Assembly: GCA_963663965.2 (NCBI GenBank)
Contig: CAXXFK010000018.1
Coordinates: forward strand, 32,001 to 96,000
Direction of reading: 5' to 3'
Length of the DNA: 64,000 bases
From: Sedimentisphaerales bacterium
Lineage (GTDB): Bacteria; Planctomycetota; Phycisphaerae; Sedimentisphaerales; SM23-30
Part shown: piece by piece, positions 51,778 to 59,702 of the stretch
Layout: each line of letters begins with the position of its first letter
Numbering within the stretch: position 1 is the stretch's first letter
Notes under the pieces: generated by a model
The model's input: the letters and a program-made list of their open reading frames with translations, nothing else
What the model was told of the DNA's origin: nothing
Databases searched by the model: none
Program-made: the position numbers and the translations under genes

Positions 51778-52518
51778 ATGGCTTGTGAAAATAATCAGTT
51801 AAGTGACGACGGGAAGGCGCGGCATCGGGGGGCGGATCCGCGGGACGCGGGGTTGTTTGGGGAAGCATGGGCAGCAGTGCTACGGGAGGCGGCGGGGGAC
51901 CTGGCGTGGCTGCTGGGGCGGGGGTACAGCGAGAAGTCGGGATTGAAGCTGGTGGGGGACCGGTACGCACTGCGGCAGCGGCAGCGGCAGGCGCTGATGC
52001 GGGGGGTGTGTACGGCGGCGGCGGGGCAGGCGCGGCGGGCGAAGCGGGTGAGGGCGGCGGCGCTACGAGGCGAGGTGGTGGCGATCGATGGGTATAATGT
52101 GGTTACGACGCTGGAGACGGCGCTGGGGGGCGGGGTTTTGGTGCGCGGGCTGGATGGGTGCTGGCGGGATGTGGCCGAGCTGCATGGCAGTTACCGGCCG
52201 GTGGCTGAGACGGAGGGGGCGCTGGAACGGGTGGGGGTGTATCTGGCGGGAGCGGGAGTAAAGGAGGTGCGGTGGTACCTGGACCGGCCGGTGTCGAACA
52301 GCGGGCGTCTGAAGGGATGGATGGAGGCGCTGGCCGGGCGGCGCGGCTGGGAGTGGGAGGTGGCGCTGGAGTATAATCCGGACCGGATGTTGATAGAGGC
52401 GGATGAGATTGTGGTGAGCAGTGACAGTGTGGTTCTGGATGGGTGCGGGCGGTGGTTTGACCTGGTGGGGGAGCTGATTGAGGGGCTGGATGGGGTTTGG
52501 CGGGTGGATTTGGGGTGA
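51778..52518 (+). CDS. DUF434-like protein (PIN-like C-terminal part)
   Basis: HRG..P.D, DL.WLL.RGY.....LKLVGDRY.L, IDGYN, DG..RD.A, LD.PVSNSG and SSD..VLD. Confidence 0.85.
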   Translation: MACENNQLSDDGKARHRGADPRDAGLFGEAWAAVLREAAGDLAWLLGRGYSEKSGLKLVGDRYALRQRQRQALMRGVCTAAAGQARRAKRVRAAALRGEVVAIDGYNVVTTLETALGGGVLVRGLDGCWRDVAELHGSYRPVAETEGALERVGVYLAGAGVKEVRWYLDRPVSNSGRLKGWMEALAGRRGWEWEVALEYNPDRMLIEADEIVVSSDSVVLDGCGRWFDLVGELIEGLDGVWRVDLG

Positions 52519-52653
52519 GGGGAATGACTTTGGGAAATATACAAGTTAACTTTGAGGTTAGGATATAAGCTTACGTATCATTTCGAATAAATATTCAAGC
52601 ATTGAATTTACGAAATTTTCATTTCTTATGGCGGCAAATCAATTTTCTTAAAA

Positions 52654-52669
52654 TCAGACTATAGTCTGA
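52654..52669. promoter_or_regulatory. palindromic operator (C-box-like) upstream of the XRE gene
   Basis: Perfect 16-bp palindrome TCAGACTATAGTCTGA with GACT..AGTC core. Confidence 0.6.
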
Positions 52670-52761
52670 AGACAGTCGGATAATAAATGTTTACTTTAGT
52701 CTGCAAGCGAGAATCAGCAGCAGAAAGCTTGCTTATCTATTCAATGAAAGGACTTACTAGC

Positions 52762-52977
52762 ATGCTGGGAGATACTTTACGTTACTACCGTAAAAAAGTT
52801 GGTTTAACGCAAGAGCAATTAGCTGAGAAAGCAGGCATCCATCGAACTTATGTAAGCCTGCTTGAACGAAACCTCAAATCACCAACAATAGACACTTTAT
52901 TTCTCATATGTAATGCGCTTCATGTGAAACCCAGTAGTTTGATCAAAGCATTAGAAACTGAACAAGAAAAGAAATAG
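52762..52977 (+). CDS. XRE HTH regulator, R-M controller (C-protein)-like
   Basis: LTQEQLAEKAGIHRTYVSLLERNLKSPT; AAAGGA RBS; immediately upstream of the MTase. Confidence 0.88.
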   Translation: MLGDTLRYYRKKVGLTQEQLAEKAGIHRTYVSLLERNLKSPTIDTLFLICNALHVKPSSLIKALETEQEKK

Positions 52978-52996
52978 AGTGCTCTTGGATATAAAT

Positions 52997-54529
52997 ATGA
53001 AAATACCAATAATAGATTTATTTGCGGGGCCGGGAGGATTAGGGGAAGGCTTTTCGGCATATCAAAATAAAGAAGCTGAACAACCATTCGAAGTCATAAA
53101 ATCGATTGAAAAAGATCAGATTGCACACAAAACATTATTATTAAGGTCTTTTATTCGTAAATTCCCTTCAGATAAAAAGCCAGAAAAATACTTTAAATTT
53201 ATTCAAACAAATTGGAATCTGAATAAGTTTAATAATTTGCTTGATTGTAAGGAAGGGGCGGAAGCACGAAGAGAGGCATTATGTCTTGAACTTGGTAAAG
53301 ATAATGAAGTAATTGATGAAGAAATAAACCAATCCTTATCTGAAATAATACTAAATAATAGACATTGGGTTCTCATTGGTGGTCCACCCTGCCAAGCTTA
53401 TTCGCTGGTTGGCAGGTCAAGAAATAAGGGTAAACAAGGTTGGACATTAGATAATGATTATAGGTCGCATCTATATCAAGAGTATTTGAAAGTTATAGGT
53501 AGATATCAGCCATCAGTATTTGTCATGGAGAATGTGAAAGGAATTCTATCAGCACGATTGAATGAAGGATTAATATTTGAAAAAATAATAAAGGATCTGG
53601 AACGACCAAACGAAGTCAAGTTAGAGGGAATTGTTGAACCAATAACGGGAAAAAAAATAACATATCGATTGTATTCATTCGTGAAAGAACCCGAATTATT
53701 TATAAACCTTAAACCAAAAGATTATATAATTAAGTCTGAAGATTATGGAATACCACAAAATAGACATCGAGTTATTTTGTTAGGCATCAGAGAAGATCTG
53801 AATGTAAAATTAACCCTTTTAAAAAAGAAAGAAAAAAAAATAACCGTATGGGAAGCTATTGGTGATCTACCTTCGGTGATGAGTGGGATTTCTAATAGAA
53901 ATATTAATTTGTCAGAGTTTGATCAACAGCTGAAAAAGTACGCTGAAATACAAGAAATGTTATCAAGTGAATTCAAAAAACTAGTCTTAGATAACGATGT
54001 GTCGAAGGTAATAAAAAAAAGAATATATCAAATTAATAAAAATAATGGCAGAAAACCTTCGGTGTTTAATAAAGAATGGTTTCTTTGTGAAGATTTAAAT
54101 GGTCATATTTGTAATCATGAGTCACGTAACCATATTCGTTCTGATTTGCTGAGATATTTTTTCGTTTCGTGTTTCGGGGAAGCAAAAGACAGAACGCCTA
54201 AGCTGAGCGAATGGCCAGGTGAATTATTTCCAGATCATAAGAATGCGAAATCCGGACATTTTGAAGATCGCTTCAGGGTGCAATTAAGGAACGAACCTTC
54301 AACTACAATTACCTGTCATATAGCAAAAGATGGTCATTATTATATTCATCCGGATCCAAGGCAATGTCGAAGTTTAACTGTTAGAGAAGCAGCAAGATTG
54401 CAAACATTTCCTGATGATTACTTTTTTTGTGGTAATAAAACGAGTCAATATCAACAGGTTGGTAATGCTGTTCCTCCATTATTGGCCTATCAATTGGCTG
54501 ATGTAGTATTCAAAGTATTAGAAGATTGA
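52997..54529 (+). CDS. dcm: DNA (cytosine-5) methyltransferase
   Basis: Motif I DLFAGPGG, IV GGPPCQ, VI ENVKG, VIII PQNRHR, IX VREAARLQTFPD, X QVGNAVPP. Confidence 0.95.
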   Translation: MKIPIIDLFAGPGGLGEGFSAYQNKEAEQPFEVIKSIEKDQIAHKTLLLRSFIRKFPSDKKPEKYFKFIQTNWNLNKFNNLLDCKEGAEARREALCLELGKDNEVIDEEINQSLSEIILNNRHWVLIGGPPCQAYSLVGRSRNKGKQGWTLDNDYRSHLYQEYLKVIGRYQPSVFVMENVKGILSARLNEGLIFEKIIKDLERPNEVKLEGIVEPITGKKITYRLYSFVKEPELFINLKPKDYIIKSEDYGIPQNRHRVILLGIREDLNVKLTLLKKKEKKITVWEAIGDLPSVMSGISNRNINLSEFDQQLKKYAEIQEMLSSEFKKLVLDNDVSKVIKKRIYQINKNNGRKPSVFNKEWFLCEDLNGHICNHESRNHIRSDLLRYFFVSCFGEAKDRTPKLSEWPGELFPDHKNAKSGHFEDRFRVQLRNEPSTTITCHIAKDGHYYIHPDPRQCRSLTVREAARLQTFPDDYFFCGNKTSQYQQVGNAVPPLLAYQLADVVFKVLED

Positions 54530-54531
54530 TA

Positions 54532-54939
54532 ATGACTGATAATGTAAGTAAAGAAAAGCGTAGTTGGAATATGTCACGCATCCACTGCAAAAATACAAAG
54601 CCTGAAAGGCAAGTGAGGTCGATTTTACATATGATGGGATTTCGTTTTCGTTTACATCGAAAAGACTTGCCTGGCAAGCCAGATATTGTATTACCAAAGT
54701 ATAAAACGGTTATATTTGTACATGGTTGTTTCTGGCATAGGCATAAAGGGTGTAAATATGCTTATACACCTAAAAGTCGACAGGAATTCTGGAAAAAAAA
54801 ATTCGAAGATAATTCAAAAAGAGATAAAGACGTAATAGATGAACTTAAAATGCTGGGGTGGAAAGTCATTATAATCTGGGAATGTGAAATTAAAAAACCG
54901 GATATTATTGTTGGTAAATTAGCCACTATTGCAACATAA
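54532..54939 (+). CDS. vsr: very short patch repair endonuclease
   Basis: D..S..KRS.NMSRI...NTKPE, LPGKPDIV, FVHGCFWH.H and IWECE. Confidence 0.95.
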   Translation: MTDNVSKEKRSWNMSRIHCKNTKPERQVRSILHMMGFRFRLHRKDLPGKPDIVLPKYKTVIFVHGCFWHRHKGCKYAYTPKSRQEFWKKKFEDNSKRDKDVIDELKMLGWKVIIIWECEIKKPDIIVGKLATIAT

Positions 54940-54940
54940 A

Positions 54941-55672
54941 TTAATTTTTTCTAAACTTTTCAAATTCTTCCGGTAAAAGAGTTAAAATCATATCTGGAGT
55001 CATGAAATACAGATCCCAAGTTAAGTTGAATTGATCGATTATATCAGCGAGTCTTCTTGGACTTCCACCGCCTTTGCCTCCCGATCCTTTTTTGTTACTT
55101 CTTGTTTTTGGATTATAATATAAGGTGTATGTTGCTTCAATCAGTGATTTATTAGTAATTAATTCTTGTCTTGATGCTATTTGTTCGTGAAGATCTCCCA
55201 ATTTATCAATATCACCTGATAACAATGCCATAGCTCTTTCTGGTTTGTCTTTATGAAAATTATAAATAAGATATGGGCCTCTTAAAAGATGGCGATAGTA
55301 TGTTTGAAAATTGGATATTTCAGGAACCCATCTGTATCTTTTACCTGGTTTATAGCGATTACCATGCGTTTTTGGGCATAACTGATCAAAAAAGAAGAGT
55401 GATAACCATGCCCAGATTCCTTTATCTTTTAAGACAAGTGGATAATCTAGGTCACAAAAAAGATCATGAAGGTATCGAGCCATTTCCAACTTATTGGTAA
55501 ATGTTACTTTTTTGACGAAAGAATTCGAAACACCATCTGAATAATCTGGATTATTCAGGATATGGACTGGGGGTGATTCGGGATTATCAGTATCTAAACT
55601 ATCTAAGAATTCATGAAACTTGAGAATGCCAGAGTCTTTAAGTTTTCTAAGTTTGATGTTTTGCATAGTCAA
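54941..55672 (-). CDS. hypothetical protein (243 aa), island operon gene 4
   Basis: Long AT-rich ORF translationally coupled to the upstream gene; GIWAWLSL.FFDQLCP, YRHLL and RRL....QF..T.D segments. Confidence 0.8.
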   Translation of the reverse strand: MTMQNIKLRKLKDSGILKFHEFLDSLDTDNPESPPVHILNNPDYSDGVSNSFVKKVTFTNKLEMARYLHDLFCDLDYPLVLKDKGIWAWLSLFFFDQLCPKTHGNRYKPGKRYRWVPEISNFQTYYRHLLRGPYLIYNFHKDKPERAMALLSGDIDKLGDLHEQIASRQELITNKSLIEATYTLYYNPKTRSNKKGSGGKGGGSPRRLADIIDQFNLTWDLYFMTPDMILTLLPEEFEKFRKN

Positions 55673-56433
55673 TCTCCATTCTGAATGAAGTCGCAGTAGA
55701 TATCAGAAATTTTGTATTTTCTTGCAAAAGCAATGACAACACCATCTACCCATTCATCGAAATCTTCATTATTATTATCCAAATCAAATTCAGGGATTTT
55801 ACCTGTACCTGGTAATGATTCGGCAAATAAAAGCCATTTCTTTTTCCATATATCATTATCGTTTTCTTCATCTTCTGGTGGATTACTTGTAATATATTGC
55901 AGAACACTTCTAATTATTGCCGGGTAAACCAGTGTAATAAATTCCTTAGAGCAACAAATTTGATCACGACTACCTGCTTTACTGTTTATCAATAGTATGG
56001 GGTAATTATTGTCAAATTCAACTTTCCATATTTCTTCAATATCATCAACGGATTTTACTGGTAAAATGCACTCTCTGTTACTTTCAAGTTCATCAAATTT
56101 GTATGGTTTCAGGCGGTCTGCAAATGCAAGCAATTTGCCTGAAGTGTGTTGTGTATCCGTTACTTTAACTCGAAATAGTATGCCCTCTATGTCATCGAAT
56201 TCATTAAGCTCACAATTATTTGGTTTAGTGATATTTGATATTGTGCCAAAGGGATATCGCATCCATAGGCAACGCCTATATGCCTCTATAAAAACATACG
56301 CATCTTCAGGTAAGTTGTATTTGGATAGTGAGAGATCGGCATCAAAATTCAGATGATTACCTTTTTGGGATACGACAATTGAAATATCGTTACGATTTAA
56401 TTTTTTCCGACCAGTATAGTTAAGCCGTGGCAT
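55669..56433 (-). CDS. hypothetical protein (254 aa), island operon gene 3
   Basis: GGAGG RBS; overlaps the upstream gene by 14 nt; beta-rich N-terminal half, acidic helical C-terminal half. Confidence 0.8.
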   Translation of the reverse strand: MPRLNYTGRKKLNRNDISIVVSQKGNHLNFDADLSLSKYNLPEDAYVFIEAYRRCLWMRYPFGTISNITKPNNCELNEFDDIEGILFRVKVTDTQHTSGKLLAFADRLKPYKFDELESNRECILPVKSVDDIEEIWKVEFDNNYPILLINSKAGSRDQICCSKEFITLVYPAIIRSVLQYITSNPPEDEENDNDIWKKKWLLFAESLPGTGKIPEFDLDNNNEDFDEWVDGVVIAFARKYKISDIYCDFIQNGD

Positions 56434-58351
56434 TTTCTAAACCTCCTTCATTTTCTGTAATTGACGGTTTTACAAGCAAATCGCGGTTAGGATCAAAACC
56501 GATTAGCTTTAAGCGAAAATCGCAATTGAGAATTTCGGCGATAATAACATTGCCCCTAGTCTGGATAATTTTAAGACCTTTAGATTCAGGCTTCATTTTT
56601 TCAATGCGAAAATCGTTGATATTATATTTCGGTTTACGGTCTCTACGATCATAAAATATTTTAATCTGCATTTGCGCGGGCAGATTTAAACTACCTTCGC
56701 CCTTGGTAAGTGTAAAGCCGCCATTGATTTTGTTTAAACGATACCGCTTTGGCTTGTGGGGTATTTCTAAATGGGGCGGTCCGGTTCTATCGCCACGATC
56801 TTCTTTTTTCTTTCTTTTTTCTGGTCGTGATATGGTAATATCAGATGATGGTATTGAAAAGAAATCCAAGAGTAAATTATGGTCTTCCTGCTTAGCACTT
56901 TCTTCAGAAATGCCAATGATTTCACTTACGCTTTTCTTGATAAAAGTGAGGGTTTTTGAGCCATAGGTGTACCTGTTTTTGAAGTTATCAGATGTTGTTG
57001 ACCATTCGGTGTGTGATGGGTTTTCAGCATTACCGAGAAAGTCTGCTATATGTGGTTCGTCAGCGATTACTAGTGAAACCACACTTCGATTAGTCGGTAT
57101 TCTTTTTTCATCTGGTATAATCAGGCCTTTTCGAATAAATACGGGATAACCTTTAGAGTAGCTTGGGTGTCTTTGTATGAAGACTTTGAAATAAGTCTCA
57201 TGTTCCACTTGTTTTATTTTGTCTTTGATGTATACCGGCACTTTAATGGCAATATTTTCTTCACTAACTAAGCGCTTACGAATAATATTTTGAATCTCAG
57301 CAGGTACTAATTTTTCGGACCATTCTGGTGCTGCAGTTGATACTGGACATATTGTTTCAAGGCATTCATCACTAGGCAACTTGTTGGCCCATTTAGCGAG
57401 TTCAATTTTCGCATGCAATTCTTTGTTGTCGCTTAGGAAGTCTGAATTAAGAATAGCTTCTATTGAACCAGATTCAATTCTAGTATTATTGTCGGGAGTA
57501 GCTATATCAACATATAATTCACCTGTTATAATTGGCCAAAAGTAATGTGAAATCAGTGCCTGCAGTATTGATTGTTCATTAATGTCATCATCTATAAATG
57601 GCACAATTAATGAAAGGCCGGGTTCACTTGAACGTGCCAAGTGAAAATCATTGCAGAATCTAGTGATTTCGTCTGAGTGGCCATTATCATCAAGAGGAAC
57701 AGGTATATAATCGTTTTGTATTGGAATCTGTTTTGCATACCAACCATCTGATGTAAAATCTTCGCTATTAACTTTATGAGACCTCAATAAACATTGTCCA
57801 AAGAATATTTTTTGGTTATCTTCCGAACGAACTGACAGGCCGAAGAATGCTTTGATATTGCTGGCCTTTGGGAAAACAATTTTTCCAATTCCATGTCTGC
57901 CTCTATCTGAATCATGTTTACCCGATTGACCTTCTGCTCTGAAAAAGTAATAAAATGGATTTGAATCTTTTTCCTCTGGTTCAGAATATTCTATTAAATT
58001 ACCATTCAATCCAGATGTATTAAAATCCTCAATAACAACATATTTACATGGTTGGTTTCTGTCCGGGCAATCTTGTAATCCGTTATTTTTTGCATTTAAA
58101 TGATTCCATAGTTCTTCAGTAAAATAAAATCGAGCTTTTTCGGGTTGCAAAGCACCATTATCATTAGATAAATAAATCCTTATTCCAACCGGATTGTTCA
58201 AATCAATTCTGGCATCTAAGGAATTTTGGATTGCTTCTCGAATCAAACTTGTCGAGATAGAGTTGTCTGACTCAAAAAATTTGCTGTGCATTGGTTCCCT
58301 TTTTTTGCCCTGTGGCAAAATACGATCAAAAAACCAACCAAAACCGGACAT
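56420..58351 (-). CDS. GHKL-like ATPase domain protein (643 aa), island operon gene 2
   Basis: IREAIQNSLDA (N box), IEDFNTSGL (G1-like) and SGK....GRHGIGK (G2); AAAGGAG RBS. Confidence 0.78.
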   Translation of the reverse strand: MSGFGWFFDRILPQGKKREPMHSKFFESDNSISTSLIREAIQNSLDARIDLNNPVGIRIYLSNDNGALQPEKARFYFTEELWNHLNAKNNGLQDCPDRNQPCKYVVIEDFNTSGLNGNLIEYSEPEEKDSNPFYYFFRAEGQSGKHDSDRGRHGIGKIVFPKASNIKAFFGLSVRSEDNQKIFFGQCLLRSHKVNSEDFTSDGWYAKQIPIQNDYIPVPLDDNGHSDEITRFCNDFHLARSSEPGLSLIVPFIDDDINEQSILQALISHYFWPIITGELYVDIATPDNNTRIESGSIEAILNSDFLSDNKELHAKIELAKWANKLPSDECLETICPVSTAAPEWSEKLVPAEIQNIIRKRLVSEENIAIKVPVYIKDKIKQVEHETYFKVFIQRHPSYSKGYPVFIRKGLIIPDEKRIPTNRSVVSLVIADEPHIADFLGNAENPSHTEWSTTSDNFKNRYTYGSKTLTFIKKSVSEIIGISEESAKQEDHNLLLDFFSIPSSDITISRPEKRKKKEDRGDRTGPPHLEIPHKPKRYRLNKINGGFTLTKGEGSLNLPAQMQIKIFYDRRDRKPKYNINDFRIEKMKPESKGLKIIQTRGNVIIAEILNCDFRLKLIGFDPNRDLLVKPSITENEGGLENATA

Positions 58352-58363
58352 ATGAAACTCCTT

Positions 58364-58606
58364 TCATAATTCAAAATTTCGTTTTGATTTTGAAAACGTG
58401 AACCTCATTTTAGAAATTTTTATTTCTTTTTCTAATGCCGAAAAAATTTTATTGATATCTTGCTCTGAATATTCATACGAGCTTTTGTTTGAACAATTAC
58501 CAAGTAGTCTAATCTTTTCAATTATCTCATTAGTTCTTCGACTTGCAATACGTACAAAACGATCTTTGCGAGACTCGTCTTTTTTTGAAATATTACTAAT
58601 TTTCAT
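58364..58606 (-). CDS. small basic helical protein (80 aa), island operon gene 1
   Basis: RKDRFVRIASRRTNEIIEKIRLLGNCSNKSSYEYSEQDINKIF; start ATG 58606 lies downstream of a consensus promoter. Confidence 0.75.
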   Translation of the reverse strand: MKISNISKKDESRKDRFVRIASRRTNEIIEKIRLLGNCSNKSSYEYSEQDINKIFSALEKEIKISKMRFTFSKSKRNFEL

Positions 58607-58637
58607 AATATGTATTCTTAAATATGGAAATATATGT

Positions 58638-58665
58638 AATATATTCAAAATGCTACATGTGTCAA
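58638..58665 (-). promoter_or_regulatory. sigma70-type promoter of the four-gene operon
   Basis: Minus strand TTGACA-16 nt-TATATT. Confidence 0.55.
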
Positions 58666-58778
58666 GACGGTTTTTTGAAAATAATATTAAATATTGTTCA
58701 AAATATTGTAAAAGCTTCAATATAAAACATTTGCATTATTATTAAAAGTGCTACTTTCAGCAAAGAATTATTATTAAT

Positions 58779-59066
58779 GTGAAATTTCATTATCTCTATC
58801 GTGACGCCAGCAATTATTAAGATATTTCATGATGAAGTATTGGCAGGAGAATTGAAGTTGGAGGATATGGAGCCTTATTTGTGGGAGGGAGAATTTTTTG
58901 TCCCATCGGAAGTTGGTTTAAAGATTTGCAACCGGAAGTATTTACGGTCGATGATCATATCTGGCATTCGATTGAAGGAGTTGAACCAACCGATGATTTA
59001 CCAACTTGTGATGTAACTGCGGAAGAATTCAAGAATCGGTTTCGGAGTGCATCTTTGCAGGATTAG
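58779..59066 (+). pseudogene. small acidic hypothetical protein, two frameshifts
   Basis: Joins into KFHYLYRDASNYK...GEFFVPSEVGL.DLQ....DDHIWH...; GTG start uncertain. Confidence 0.55.
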
Positions 59067-59219
59067 AATCAAGGGCAAGTGTTTCGGTGAAAGGGATTAT
59101 TATGAGTGCGGTTGAGAGGCGGGGGTGGACTCGGGATGAGTTGATTTTGGCGGTGAATTTGAATTGTAAGACGCCGTTTGGGCGGATTCATGATCAGGTT
59201 CTCAAAAAGCCACGCTGAA

Positions 59220-59463
59220 GGGCCTGTTGCCCAAAGACAGATCAAGCAGGGTTGCTTGACCAGTCTGACTGGCCCAAGTATTTCTGTCGTCCCTGCGGGA
59301 CTTGTTCTGAGTGGGTTTGGCCTGAATCCCCCCAATGAATTGGGGGGCTACGCACTGACAGCCCGCCTGAGGCGGATCTTCGACCCTGCGGGCTTCAGGG
59401 GTATCCGCCGGGCGGCAGATGGTATTTTTCGTGACGCTCGACCTGTATTTGTGCAACAGGCCC
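59220..59463. mobile_element. 244-bp MITE with 28-bp TIRs and TGAA target duplication
   Basis: Left GGGCCTGTTGCCCAAAGACAGATCAAGC vs reverse complement of right end GGGCCTGTTGCACAAATACAGGTCGAGC (24/28 match); TGAA at 59216-59219 and 59464-59467. Confidence 0.75.
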
Positions 59464-59702
59464 TGAAGCGTGGGCTCCGTAGGGGCGCTATCTGCGGTTT
59501 GGCTCAACCGTCCGTACGAGGGAGGGCCGATAATCGTGAGGGTTAAGGAAGGGGTGTGTAAAAAAGGGTGAAAATAAGTGAAATTATATGTGGTAGCGCT
59601 GTTAAGGCGGTTATTGATTGTGACGATAAAGTTAGCGTTATTTTAGCGTATCTGTTCAAACGAATCAGAGAATGTGATAGTCACTGTTTTGAAGGAGTCG
59701 TC

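Noticed and set aside
51434..51970. 178-aa minus-strand ORF and similar Pro/Arg-rich antisense ORFs (e.g. 49458-50222, 59850-60884, 63111-63422)
   Set aside because: Shadow frames of GC-rich genes or translated repeats; no RBS or domain signal
52997..58351. Assignment to DISARM, Druantia, BREX or mza
   Set aside because: No helicase, PLD, PglZ, Z1 or AIPR motifs recognised; only the MTase and a GHKL-like ATPase overlap with those systems
52540..59066. Prophage or ICE
   Set aside because: No integrase, tRNA target, att repeats, structural or conjugation genes seen; only the compositional shift
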